The notes under the pieces were generated by a model that worked only from the letters and a program-made list of their open reading frames with translations, had not been told where the DNA came from and made no database searches. The position numbers and the translations under genes were made by a program. Below, in pieces: positions 24,476 through 37,778 of a stretch of 64,000 nt of DNA. This stretch comes from Podarcis erhardii (Eukaryota). The stretch lies in NCBI GenBank assembly GCA_964252035.1, contig OZ176200.1; one strand, written 5' to 3'. Numbering within the stretch: position 1 is the stretch's first letter; the number at the start of each line of letters is the position of its first letter.

Positions 24476-27449
24476 CCATATGAACTAGTGAAACATCACT
24501 AGCTGAGCAAGCAGCAAGCAGACAAAGAAGGCTGGTATTTTATAAAAACTTTACTGAGCTCTAAACATTTTCAATAGTATAGCAATGAGAGATACTACTG
24601 TTGTACTGTGGAACCTTCATGGTGAAAGTCTGTAGTACTTTTATTGGAAGAAGGCCAAGCAGGGTCAATCCTTCTAAAGAACTATAATCATAAAGTGCAT
24701 ATATATCTAGAAGTCACTGCCTCATAAACACAATGTTTTTTCTGTAAGATATACTGAGTTACTGAGTTTAATCCAACAGTGATGTAAATCAGAACTGCCT
24801 GTCAAGGTTCTGACATTGGTGGCTTGCTAATAAACCTCTTTCTTGATCTTTGTGTGGTAGATGCTACACAGAGGAAATTTTGGTATCACTGAACAACAGT
24901 GTGTACCATGGCAACTCTGCCCAGCTGCAAATTCACAAAGGTGGATGAAAGGGTAGAACTGAGACAGGGGTTTCTCTAAGATAGGATAACAACTCTTGAA
25001 CTCAGTTCAACCTCTGGTTGAGCTAAACTGAAATAGAGTCAACAAACCCTAGGAAGATCAGGGGTTCTTGGTTCATTTTTTTCTATCTGGACTCATGAGC
25101 AAATAAACAACAGGGGGTTCTTATCTCTTTTGGGCAGAATTTACCTTCCATAAGTAAACAAAGCAATGGCTGGAAATCTTAATAACCCCTTGTTTATTTA
25201 GATTCAGACTGTTATCAGACAATGACATCTATATCTTTATGATACAGTAGATTGGTAGTGTCTGCTCTGTTCATGTGTCCAAAAAAGGGAATATAATTGT
25301 ATTTGATATTTCCCTAATGGTTTAAATGAGTCTCTGTCCAAAATAAAACATTAAATGATGGGCCCAACAAAGAAATAAAATGGACCCTGGGTTTTAATTT
25401 CAGAGAGTATAAATGTTCAAAAACATCTTTGGAGGGCCACATCTTTTAGACATGATACTAAAAATGTAGAAACCACCAATATCAGGGAGGTATAATCTTT
25501 TCTTCCTCAAAGTCCTGATGGAAAGTTTTCATCCCCTACCACAGCAATGAGCCTTCTCTCTAAAGATTCATAGCCACATGCGTAGAGCAGTAATTTTCAC
25601 TAGTACTGTGGCTGGAAAGTGTTAGTAAATACCCCTTCTTCATGCACTGCATTCCTAAGGGAAATAGCCCCCTTGAACCTAATAATAATAATAATAATAA
25701 TAATAGATAAAGTTGACCCAAAGCAACACTTACTAATGGCACCTTTAAAGTCACATTTACCGTACTTTGGCTCTGAGAAGTAGAAGTCTGAACACCCTCC
25801 ATTCTTGCATAACCCTTCCCTGTGTGTATGACAACTTTTTCATTTGTGATAAAGTACATAAACTAGACAAAACCAGAGCAAGCATTACAAGTTAGATTTA
25901 GTCTGCAAATCAATCAATTCAATATGAATGTAGTGATGTGCCATGTGATTATAACAAACCTGTGAATTCTGACTTGAAGTGAAGGTTATTAGAAAAGTCA
26001 TGAAGACACATTGAACTGAAATTCAGAATACCTAATAACTAAACTCCCTTATAATAAAAAAAAAATTGAAGATTGAAGATTCTGAAAAGATTCTGATTTG
26101 GACCACTGTCCGTATGATCTCAGTATTTGGAAATAAATAATTTCCTAATTAATATTTTGTAGGCAAGAATATTGTTATGCCAAACAAAACTAAATATAAG
26201 AAAGGAAACAGATGAATTTTCTGGAGACGTGAAGATAGGAAGATGAGAGAGCAAGGGAAGAATTCAGCTCTATTTTTGTCTCTTCCCTACCTACAGCACC
26301 TTTACCCATTTTAGGCAGTCAAAAAAGATGGAAGGAGAGAAACCACTCTCTTGAAAAAAAGGAGCATTGGCAACTGGAGAGTCACATAGTACTCCTGAGA
26401 TAGCCAGATTTGGCCTGGGGGTGTCAGTTGCTAATCCCTAATGTCATATGTATGTTTTGTGCATGCAAATTCCACAACATTCACTTGGATTTTTAAATTG
26501 CCACCTATAATGTCTCAGTAACTATCAAGAATAGAGATTATTTAAATATATATACTATGCATATATGCTGTCATGAATTTGAATGATTATATGCATCTTA
26601 ATTTCTGGATGGTACAGGATGACTACAGTTACTAATATTTCACCATGAGATTCTATTGTATAAAGTGTTCTTAGATGCTTAATAATAAATGCACGCACAC
26701 ATTAACACTCAGCTTAACTAGTGTTACAGAAACATATTGTACCATCTGTTTGGCAGAACCCATCCAAGGTTTATCAAATCTCCTTGTAGCTAGAATTTAT
26801 ACAAAATTTTATAAAAGTGTATCAGTGGACAAAATGAGCTCTTCTCAAACTCTCATATATCTCTGGTTTGATTCTAAACCAACTGGGTAATTAGTCCTAG
26901 CTGACGCAAATAGTCTATAGAAATGGTGGTTTTCTATTTTATTTTTAAGACCAAACCACAGACTTTCAGCTATCACTATCTGAAACGGATTTTCACTTTA
27001 GAACACATAGCAACATTCTATACTATTTAAAATATTTCTAATTAAAACATTATCCTAGGGAAAGGTTTCCTCTGGACAAGATACACAGTACTGGCAATAA
27101 ACTTAATCAAAATAAATAATGAGAAATCATGTTTATTTAATAGCACATTATAGTTGCAATCTTAGACCCACTTCCCATGGAGTAAACCCAACTAAACTGA
27201 GTGGACTTACTTCTGAGTAGTCATATACAGCATTGCACTGAAGTTCTTTGAATGAGCTTTTGATTTTCTGCCAAATCTAAATAGGTTTGATTAAAGTAGC
27301 TACTATTCCTATTTTAATCGTTTTTGTTACAATGATCAACAGAAGCAGAATTATGAAACCAAAGATCTAGTTCTAAACAATCATTTCCATGGAAACTTTT
27401 CACTTACTTTATACCTAGATAAGGAATAAGCCTCATTCCTCATTCCTAA

Positions 27450-27885
27450 GTCTTGAAAGACCTACATTGGCTCCCAGTACGTTTCTGAGCACAATTCAAA
27501 GTGCTGGTGTTGACCTTTAAAGCCCTAAACGGCCTCGGCCCAGTATACCTGAAGGAGCGTCTCCACCCCCATTGTTCTGCTGAGGTCCAGCGCCGAGGGC
27601 CTTCTGGCGGTTCCCTCATTACGAGAAGCAAAGCTACAGGGAACCAGGCAGAGGGCCTTCTCGGTAGTGGCGCCCGCCCTGTGGAACGCCCTCCCATCAG
27701 ATGTCAAAGCGATAAATAACCACCTGACATTCAGAAGACATCTTAAGGCAGCCCTGTTCAGGGAAGTTTTTAATCTGTGATATTTTAGTGTATTTTTGGT
27801 TTTTATGGAAGCCGCCCAGAGTGGCTGAGGAAACCCAGCCAGATGGGCGGGGTACAAATAATAAATTATTATTATTATTATTATT
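27450..27885 (+). mobile_element. Young L2 LINE 3' end with (ATT)n tail
   Basis: CpG-retaining L2 3' ORF2/UTR (cattggctcccagtacg...ttcaaagtgctggtg...gccgcccagagtggctg...ggcggggtacaaataataaattattatt). Confidence 0.9.
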
Positions 27886-29269
27886 TAGCTCAATGGGACT
27901 TACTTCTGAGTAAACAAGACATAGCACTTATAATTCCCCCTGATTTAAATGAGGGTAAACTTAACTTTCTCCGGCTGAAAGCAGTGGGCCATAAAACAGG
28001 CTGGGTTATGCCCACAGTCCTCAATTAATTTCATTTCATTTTCTATTTTCCCGTTCTTATGAAGAAATTGTTTTGGTTGTTCCTGTTTGTAGCCTAAAAA
28101 CATGTCTTTAATGTTTCGATTTAGGGAAAATCCTTAGCAAATGATGCATGCAAAAACAGAGTTATGTTGATTGAGCAGCTGTGTTCTTGGAGTGGGGGGA
28201 AGGAAAGAAAGATGGGAGAAAACATTCCAGATGTTTCATCCATGTAGCAACACCTTGCATAATATTGTCTCAAAATATCTTGGCCTAGTCCCACCTCATC
28301 ATATCCTTCGCCTGGAGACTTCTGCCTAAAAGTACCCATCATTATAAAGTTAACCTTAATGATTTTATGACCTAACTCCCCATCTCCTTTTATAATTTAA
28401 GCAAGGTGCTCAGGCAAACTGCTAACATCTGTTATCAATATGTTATATTTAGAGGCTTCTATTTATCAGATATATAGTTTCCTACACATGGAAGTATTTC
28501 TAATAGCTTCTATCTACTGGCAGTCAAATAAGCTACATGCATACAAAAGTATGTAGCTGATCTGGTAATACTGTGGATCAATTTAAGAGTAATATGAGGA
28601 AAAAAGAATTATTCTCTCACATCCTGGACAGGATATCTTGTTTCTTTAATTATTTTAATGTCACTTTTATGACCATATGGCTTGAAATTACTTTGTCTCA
28701 CTTGGGTAAATAAAAGGTGATACTTCTCTTCCAGAATACATACACAACTAAACTAATCTAAGTTTTACATCAGTGAAGTCAATCGACTAAAACTAATACC
28801 AGAGTTTTCTTTCTGTAGCACAAAGCAGCCAATGGCCTCCGTGCAACTTGATTTTAATGGATCTTGCACATAACATCTCCAACGTATTCTAGAGTCTTTA
28901 AGATAAGTGGACAGTCTTCACAGTATCATATGTGTATCAAGCTTGCACTATGAAGGAGTGAATTGAGGTTTCAAACAGCTGTGAAATTATCTTCTCCTGG
29001 AATCCTGTCAAAGTCTGAAAATTTCTGCAAGCACTGTCAGTTTGGTTTGCCTTTTAATTGCAGTTAAGGGACATCTTTATTTCTGATATTTAGCATTAAA
29101 TGAATATTTTATTGATAAGTTTAATGAAATTTCTATTTTAATGCTGTTACTTATTCTGAGCTTTAGGATAGTGTTGATTAGAACACTAACTAGTCAGTTA
29201 AGTAAATTAAGTCAAGAATTTATTTTGTTGTTTTGTTTCTTGTCTTAACATAACAAAGCAACACCATAC

Positions 29270-29610
29270 AACCTATTTATTTATTTAATCATTTATAAGC
29301 TGTCTTTCGAAACCAAGTTCACCCAAGGCAGCAAAAAATAAATAAATGAGCATAAGAACACCATGCTAGTATAATTAAAGTATATGAATTCAAACAAGCA
29401 ACAACAACACACATTAAAACATAATTCAGCCAATAAAACATAGCTCCAAAGCAACAACATGGCCAATAAAACACACACCTTTCAAAAGTGGGGTAGTTTT
29501 AAAGCCTTTTTAAATAGAGCAAATGAGGGGGCCAAATGCAGCCCTAATGCACCATTACTGTAGTCTAGTCTCAATGTAACTACGGCATGCATGACTGAAG
29601 CTAGATTCGC
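29270..29610 (-). mobile_element. Old L2 3'-end relic
   Basis: Begins with ttatttatttaatcatttataagctgtcttt...cccaaggcagc (reverse L2 tail) and runs to ccattactgtagtctagtctc. Confidence 0.55.
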
Positions 29611-30339
29611 TATGTACAATTGTATAGTTGAACAAATATGCAAATATTTCCTCTCTCTCAACTGTCACCTAGCCACGACCATTGTATCAGCAGAGGGAGA
29701 GAAGGGAAACAGGGTCACTCCATCAGCTCTGCAGAAAAGAGCTCCACTGGGCTTCTCTCCCCATCACCTGTCATCTGGGAACAACCATTCCATCAAACTG
29801 CAGCAGAGGAAAAGATAGGAAGCAGGGCCAGCCGATAAGAGACCAACAACTTTTAGCTTTTTCTTGCTTTGAACTTTTTTTTCAATCCAACTGATAATAA
29901 GAACTTTGTGACTCAGAATAGTGCCTGAGTTTGCTTACCTCCCTTCTCTCTCCCCCCCCCCCCGGGACTCTTTTCCTTTTGTGACACATACACCTGGGAG
30001 CAGGCATTTATATACATTCTAAACATGGGGTCCCATGATCAACCTCCCTTAATTTTGATAACAAAAATAATTTGGAGTGTCTTTCAAAATTTTCAGAATG
30101 GGAATAATCTATTTTGGCACAAAACATTTTAAAAATTGGAAGAGTTTCAATCTGTTGTTCAACTTTTAATCTGGAAAAAAATGCCATGTGCTATGAACAA
30201 AATCTCTACAATATATGCTTGATTCTGGTAAATCTTATAATCAGAAGTATGCCACATGGGCAGAGTAGGTTTCCTACAAAAGACAACCACTTTAGTCTTC
30301 TTGTAATTCACCTTTGCAAAAATTTCTTAAGGCAGTTAT

Positions 30340-30760
30340 GTCTGAGACATGCTATCTGCTCATAAGAAAGCAAATCATATTATTTGCATAAAGCACTACT
30401 GATTATATTCTATTTCTCGTTGCAACTGAAAGCAAAACCCTAGGCTCCGAAACAATAGCAATGAGATAAAATTTAAAATCAAAAGACATGCAAATATAAC
30501 CCCCTGTTGAACTCCCAGTATACTTTTGCCATTCTCATAGGAGTACAGGGATTTAATGTAAAATAACAACCTTTTGTCAATATTGGCATGCTGTATTTTT
30601 GCCCATAACCTGTCTCTCTCTATGGAACTGAAATCTGCCTTTAGGTCAATAAAAAGTGTATATAGGTAGCCTTTTTTAATGGAATATTTGTTAACCAAAT
30701 GTGTAAAGGTAAATATGCTGTCTAATGACATGAAAATTGTCGTGGACCATGTTTGTTCCT
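30340..30760 (-). mobile_element. Non-LTR retrotransposon RT fragment (RTE-X-like)
   Basis: ORF 30396-30731 encodes LYTLFIDLKADFSSIERDRLWAKIQHANIDKRLLFYIKSLY...GVQQG, a degenerate version of the RT motifs FxDxxxAFDS and GVxQG with an internal deletion. Confidence 0.8.
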
Positions 30761-31579
30761 TACATAAAGTAATATTTATCTAGGTGCACTCCTGTACTAC
30801 CGAACAGACATTTAGAATACAATATTCTGATTTTAAAAAGATTATACTGATAATATTCATGTTCTGACCACCTGCAATTTCCCCTGAAATACCAGAAATA
30901 AATTTTGCCTATTAAAAAGGTAGTCACCAAATTAGGTTTTGTTTATAAACAAAAGTTTGTGTGGTATGTCATTTTCCCCAGGGGTGTTGTTGCTGACCAG
31001 GGAACACGCCTGCTCCTCATATACAAATTTACATAGACTGCTTGTGACACTTAAGGTTGGTACTCATTGCTGAAAACAGGAAAAGCAGCTCTCTCAGGCA
31101 CTATTTGGACTATGTGCCATATCAAGAGATAGACGAAACCTTGAGAATCCATAATTGCTATTTTCCAGAGCTGACACTGTTATTCCTGGCTGATTCTGTG
31201 ATTATTCCACAGTACAGCCCTGATAATGATATTTCCTGGCTTTAAAAACCCTCTTCTATTTCTTTTAATAAAATTTTGAACTTGCTTCCCTGAGTTAGAC
31301 AGATTAACCTAGCTGGCTGGGTGCCTTGCCAGTTCTTTGGCTGCTTTATACTACATTCTTGAAACCATTCTTTCCCCCTCATGAATCAGAGAAGCCAACA
31401 AGCTGGAAGAAGCAAAGAAAGGTTCAAAACTACTACTGAATGTAGGAAAAGCTTGGTGAATTAAATTGGAGGAATTCTAATCCATGAATTGACTATAGCT
31501 GCTACATCTTGGACATGAGCTTGTGCTTCAGTAGTTAAAGCCACATCCTAATTCTATTGAGAGGAGCAGAAGGAGAGGA

Positions 31580-31815
31580 GCTCAAAATCAATTGCCCACA
31601 AGATGTAGTGATGGCATCCAACTTGATTGGCTTTAAAAGAGGAGTAGACAATGCCTCTGAATACCCTTTTCTGGGAATCACATGTGGGGAGATTGTTGTT
31701 GCACTCCAATCTCATGTGGGTTTCCCATGGGCATCAGGATGGCCACTGTGAGAATAGGATGCTGGGCTTGATAGCCCTTGGCCTGTTTTAGCAGGGCTCT
31801 TCTTATGTTCTTATG
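31580..31815 (+). mobile_element. CR1 LINE 3' end
   Basis: ttgcccacaagatgtagtgatggcatccaacttgattggctttaaaagaggagtagac...ggccactgtgagaataggatgctgggcttgat...gggctcttcttatgttcttatg. Confidence 0.8.
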
Positions 31816-31999
31816 GCATTAAATCGCTTACTAACAGAGAATAATGGTGTCAGGTGTGATATTGTTCATGGCTCTAGGACGATTCAGAATACAGTTACCT
31901 ACATTCACATCCATGCCCATAAGCATTCTCTGCAGCAATTTCCCTTTCCTAAACAGGAATAATCACTTGGTTTTGCCAGTGCATTAACCTATCATGATC

Positions 32000-32590
32000 T
32001 GGAGGCATCTCATGACCTGTTCTGTGTTTAGGACCTCTTGGGGAAGTAACAAAACTGGAATCTTTGTAGGGGCAGCAAGATAGTCAGGTCACAGAATCTG
32101 AACAAGAAGCAATATGAAACCTTTGGCTGGAGATGCAAGTTGAGAAAGGTTAGGAAACAGATGCAGGTACAAGGAGAGATGTAGGTAGCAGAATCACTGC
32201 AAGTGACAAACCAGGAGAAAGTCTGTAGGACCAAAGACCAGAGCAAAGCAGGAATGGCAAAGAGAACAAGCTTCTTATCAGTATGAACTCAGGCAGTTGT
32301 GTGGACGAAGTCCACCTACAGAAAGGGGAAAGTTATGTAGGCACAGGTGAAGGCAATAGCTAGTTATAGCAGGGACGGATAGGATAAGGCTGTGAAGATC
32401 TGCAGGGGACAACCTCAAGCAGATTGGCTTCATGATGGCTCTTTTAAGAAGGCCCCAGTTCACCTCTATAGGAGTGGGACTACAATACAGTTAGCCCAGC
32501 CAAGAGATGTATGGAACAGGGAACAGAAGCTATCATTTGGGACTAATGAAGAGCTCTTGAGCTTAAATAGGTTAAGATTTGGACAGCCCA
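32000..32590. mobile_element. LTR-like or unclassified repeat relic
   Basis: Purine-rich degenerate gtcagg/cagaa modules resembling squamate Gypsy solo LTRs; no clear TG...CA ends. Confidence 0.3.
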
Positions 32591-32689
32591 ACTTTTCATA
32601 CCAAGTAGGCCACAAGAGTACTTTGACATGGAACCCATGGGCTGCACACTGCCTTGTCACAGGGTGGGGTGGGGTTGGGGGGGTGGAGA

Positions 32690-32965
32690 TCGAGACCAAA
32701 ATTTGACACACCCACCCAGCCCTCACTGCCTTCCCAAAGCAGGGCTCTACAGATTCCTAGAGTCCATCCCCTCCTTCCCAAAGCCTGGTAAGTGCTTTCC
32801 CAGCCTTGAGTAGGAGGTGGGAGGGCTCTAGGACCCAACCAGAGCCTCACTTACCTGGCTTTGGGAAGGAAATGCAAGGGCAGGGTGGGGAGGGCATCAA
32901 ATGTCAAAAAATGCCTCAAGGGTCCCATGTGGCCTTCAGGCCACATGTTTGGTCACCCTGGCCTA
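32690..32965. mobile_element. DNA-transposon MITE with internal 22-bp inverted repeat
   Basis: ccttcccaaagcctggtaagtg (32773-32794) pairs with cacttacctggctttgggaagg (32848-32869) at 21/22; ends in the hAT-like ggccacatgtttggtcaccctg. Confidence 0.55.
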
Positions 32966-35954
32966 AATGCAGTTTGGACTTGGATGCTGGAGAAGAAAAG
33001 AAGTGAGCAGAGACCTAAGGAAGTGACCTCTCTTGGCCCCCACTGAACTTTCTTCTTCAGCCCACTGGGAGGTGCAGAACATTCTGATAAGAAGCTCCTT
33101 CTACTCTCCTACTACTATTCAAGTAGTGGGATCTCCTAAAAAGGGGCCAGCAAGAAGCCCATTAGACCTATTGACCCATAAGCACTATAGCTCTGGGAAA
33201 GTGGACCACTGGGGTCCTATGTACCCCACAAGCTGGGGAGATCCTGCAAAATTTACTGGGACTGGGCTAAATTCCTGTAGTCTATAGCTAATATTAAGGA
33301 AGAAGACCCCATCCTGAAGAAAGGCAAGTTAGAAATCCTTGGGAAGAACTCTGAACCCTGGAGGAAACCTGGGTTTCTTTTGCCCCAGGAAAGGACTGTG
33401 AGAATAGGGACCTAATGAAACTGAGGTTCCTGTATATTAGACTATATTGTTCTTAACCGGGAAGTCCCTCTGGTCCCATTCCCCATAGGAACCAGGACCC
33501 ATGAATCACAGGGCTTCCAAGGTGCCACTCTGCCTTGGTGAAGCTACTTGTCCCACCCACCTACCCCTCGCAAAAAAGTATAAGTACCAAACTACATGTA
33601 ACACACAGTTTCCAGATTTCTGGGGGTCTCCTATCACTTCATTCCAGAAGCAAAGAGGCTAAAGGGTGATTTTTGAAAAAACCTGCCCACAGGAAAGCAT
33701 CTAAGCATCCCTTTCATCAGCACTGCTACTGAAATCATATTTGTAGTACTCCCCAACCTGCATTTCCCTTAAAAAAACATAAAAATAAATCAGGAAATGA
33801 ACCATGAATCCCCTGTATCTTGTTTACTTTGGCTATAAGTGTTTTGCATACAGATGCCATAGTTCTAATAAGACTTCCTAGTCCTTGGGGAGGGAACCTG
33901 AAGCCCCCAGTTTAATTTCAAGTTGCCCTCAGCATCAACCCCCCCACCCCGGTGAGGCATGTATTGCTCTCCGGATAGCCCTTCTAGGAATTGCTTCCTT
34001 TGCTGTTTTGTGTGTGCATCCATACTCTGCAAACTCCCCCCACTATTGGCTCTGTCTTCACCAACCATCAGCTGTAGCCCCAACTGAATTTTCCCATGGG
34101 TCAATTGGACCTTCATAGCAAAAAGGTCCATCACCCCTGAGCTAGCCCAATGCCTGGAGGGCCCATGGTTTTACTCCAATCATGAGTGATAATGTTTGGC
34201 AAAAGTAAGGTAAATTCCCTGTGGAGGCTCTTGAGGGAATGTGCTAGGATTCCTATATGCATCCCAGTCAGCTGCAGGTTGGAATCGGACAAAAAGAATC
34301 TACTTCCAAAATTTCTCGAATGCAATAACCGCATGGAATGATGAATTCATTATATTTTACCTGCTGCAGGTGCATGAAAAATGAGGGAGAATGAGAACAA
34401 ATAATTGAGTTCTTTTTTCTGGGGGAAATGAATTTTATTCACACAAATCTACTTAATGTTTATAACAGAAATGTGATGGCAATGTTTTAAATACTATGAA
34501 ATGTTGAGTGAGATAGTTTGCTAGCTAAAAACTTCCACTTATACTAATATACTGTCAAATTGATTTTAAATATTTCTAAAAGTTTTAACTGCTAAAAGAA
34601 AAGTTTGCCAATTAGATATAAAAAACTAAGCTTATGTGATATAGACACTAAAGATAGTGATTAAAAATATGTATAAAGATATTTTTAAGTGGAGCTCCAC
34701 AGAAGTGTAAGGTGACATATATTACAAGAATAAATATGCAAAGTACATAATGTTCTGCCTTTTATGTAATACGGAATTTTTAAAATGTGTTTTCAGAATG
34801 CAGTGCATAGACTAAGCACATGAATAGACTAGCTTCCTTATTTTCCCCTGCAATTTTTCCAAAGACAACTGCTATCTGAAACAATCTCAGAAAATCACAA
34901 AAGTTACTTTTTTTACTTTTGCATTCTTTTCAAGCATTGAGCAAATGTGACTACAGCACAGGTACACATAGCAAATATATTGTGAATGGAGGGTCATGGC
35001 TAGTTTACATGTTTAGTTGCCCACATATAATACAATTTGCATATTATTTTCTAATTCATGCTTGATGCCATACCATAATTTATGAACATGCTGTGCATAT
35101 TCTATAATCATTATTCTCAAATATGAAGAACTTGAAATTGCCTCTAAAAAGATTTTGACACATAATCTTAAAGCCTAATCATAAGAGCTGCTGCTGCAGG
35201 ACAAAAGTTCATAGGATGAGATGTTAAGAGTCCTGATGCCAATCTTGTACTATTATCAAGAGCAAACAAAGACCACAGTATTGCCATAGAAAGAGCTACT
35301 GGTACTGCTGCAATAGTTGTGATCCCCTGCCTATGCTCAGGCATAACAGTAATACACAGGAATATTGGCATGGGTGGTAGAAAGCAGGAGCAATCGCTGG
35401 CCCTGCAGCATGGCATGCTAGTGGCCAAATGCTACTAGGAAAGATGGTGAAACTTTGTGTCCAATTTCCCAGATACTAATTGCCTGGGAACAGGAGTAGA
35501 ACAGCCAAGGGGCAAAGTTGGCAAGATCTTTCCTGCTTTCAACATGCAGCATACTGGTTTAGCTGCAGCAGGATGACAAGCCACATTTCAAGCAGAATCA
35601 AAGGACTGGGACATCACAAATTAGTGTTAAATTTCACTCTCTCTCTCTCTCTCTCTTACAGTAAAAAAAAAAAATCTAATAGACCAAACAAAATCCATAC
35701 ATCTTGGCTGTATGTGGCCTGGAAACTGGCACAGAATATAGTATCCAAGATTCTTAGTTTTCTATTTTTAAAGGCAACTTTCTAGATCCTTTTAAATATC
35801 TGGGAAGTGGGTGCTTTCAGATGTCACAATAAAGTATGATTTATCCTTATGGGAATGAGCCTTGGTCTCCTGTACTCTTTCCTCCCCTCTCTTTCTCTGG
35901 CATGGCTTCAAGGAGAAGCTTTTGCTTCCCTTTATGATTAACCACAGTTTAATG

Positions 35955-36090
35955 CAGTGTTTCTCATACTTGAGTCTCCAGCTGTTGTTGGACTACAACT
36001 CCCATCATCCCTGACCACTGGTGCTGCTAGCTAGCAATGTTGAGAGTTGTAGTAAAACAATGGCTGGGGACCCAAGTTTGAGAAACACTG
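35955..36090. mobile_element. Non-autonomous hAT MITE (~136 bp)
   Basis: TIRs cagtgtttctca / tgagaaacactg; perfect 8-bp TSD gtttaatg; same core as 1157 and 1441. Confidence 0.9.
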
Positions 36091-36711
36091 GTTTAATGTT
36101 ACATCTGTACACTAAACTGTGGTTAATCTTAATTGTGATTTGTGATTTGTTACCACCTTTATAACCCTTGGTTTGAAAATGGCTTCTTTCAAACAAAGCA
36201 TAATTAAGATGAATCACAGTTTGTCAGGTTCAGAAAAAGCACTAAGCTACAGTTAATCAAAAACAGAAGTGAAGGGCTTCAGAACTCCTCCTCTGCTATG
36301 CAGGGACAGGGTTGGATGGCAGGTCATCCCCATCACAGTAAGCCACAGTTTGAAGCCAATGACTGGTCAAATCTCTGAAGCCAACTGCTGGGTTTCAATG
36401 TCCTGCATGACACTTTGCCTCTTCCCTTTATTATTGTAAGTAGCTAAGTAAATTATTTACACTGATGGACTAGATGGAACATACATATGATAAAACTGGA
36501 CAGTGTTCACCATGGTGTGAGTTGCCAGCATTCTTTATATATCAACAGCTTAGAATGTGTTGATTTTTTCCAACATAAAGTGTACACGCTATGAAAAGCA
36601 GACTCGATTAGCATCTTGGTTAGCAGATTCAGAATAAGTAGTGGCCAACACAAAACACTTATGGGAAAAGTGGAATATATGTTAGTGCATTAAAAAATCT
36701 CATTCTGCAAC

Positions 36712-36975
36712 TACCATATTTTTCGCTCTATAAGACGCACCAGACCACAAGATGCACCTAGTTTTTGGAGGAGGAAAACAAGGGGGAAAAATATTCTGAA
36801 TCTCAGAAGCCAGAACAGCAAGAGGGATCGCTGCACAGTGAAAGCAACAATTCCTCTTGCTGTTCTGGCTTCTGGGATAGCTGCGCAGCCTGCATTCGCT
36901 CCATAAGACGCACACACATTTCCCCTTACTTTTTAGGAGGGGAAAAGTGAGTCTTATAGAGCAAAAAATACGGTA
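36712..36975. mobile_element. Tc1/mariner-type MITE
   Basis: TIRs (ta)ccatattttt.cgctctataagac / gtcttatagagcaaaaaatacgg(ta) with TA TSD; same family as 61271-61871. Confidence 0.85.
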
Positions 36976-37622
36976 ATCCTCAGTTATTAGCTGCAGAATG
37001 AGATCTTTTTACTCACACCAGCTAGAATGCTCTTACTATGAGGTTAACAATGAAACTCTAGTGTGAACCAAGGTAGGTGCTCTCACAGTCATCTTCAAAG
37101 ATTTATTTGATTCTAAGGGCATGCTTTAAAATTGGCAATTTAAGCAGATTTAGAGACTCAACATTTGACATGCAACTCTCAAATATAATATAGAAGGGCA
37201 TCTGTAATGACAATCCCCAGAATACATTGTAATAAAGAAACTTAATGTACAGTTACACAGATTTGTACCAGTTTAGAATCTGGCCCACACGATTCTATGT
37301 GCATGCATAATTTGCACATTCTATGTGCAAATGCAAAAGGGCATTGTGAGCCTTTGTTAGAAACCAATCATCTGTGCTTATTGCTGCATGTTAAAAAGCC
37401 CCATTGCGCATTTGCTTACATCTTATTTTAAACCTTTCATAGATGCCCATCAGTAGATCTTTAGCACATAGATGTGAAAATGATAGATGAGATCTGATTC
37501 ATCTGTACATGTTTATTAACACTAAGATTTTACCTTAGGCTGTTGGCTGAAATGCTGGTTTGGTAATTCTTATTCAAAGCAGATTGATATGCTGCTATAG
37601 AGAGCTCTACTCGCTGATGCAG

Positions 37623-37778
37623 NNNNNNNNNNNNNNNNNNNNNNNNNNNNNNNNNNNNNNNNNNNNNNNNNNNNNNNNNNNNNNNNNNNNNNNNNNNNNN
37701 NNNNNNNNNNNNNNNNNNNNNNNNNNNNNNNNNNNNNNNNNNNNNNNNNNNNNNNNNNNNNNNNNNNNNNNNNNNNNN
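37623..37778. other. Assembly gap (156 N)
   Basis: Run of N. Confidence 1.

Noticed and set aside
30396-30731. 111-aa ORF with RT motifs as a domesticated or novel RT
   Set aside because: The catalytic-region motifs are degenerate and internally deleted, which is typical of a LINE relic.
35168-35428. Hydrophobic 86-aa minus-strand ORF (possible membrane protein)
   Set aside because: It starts at TTG, has no convincing splice sites and no recognised family.
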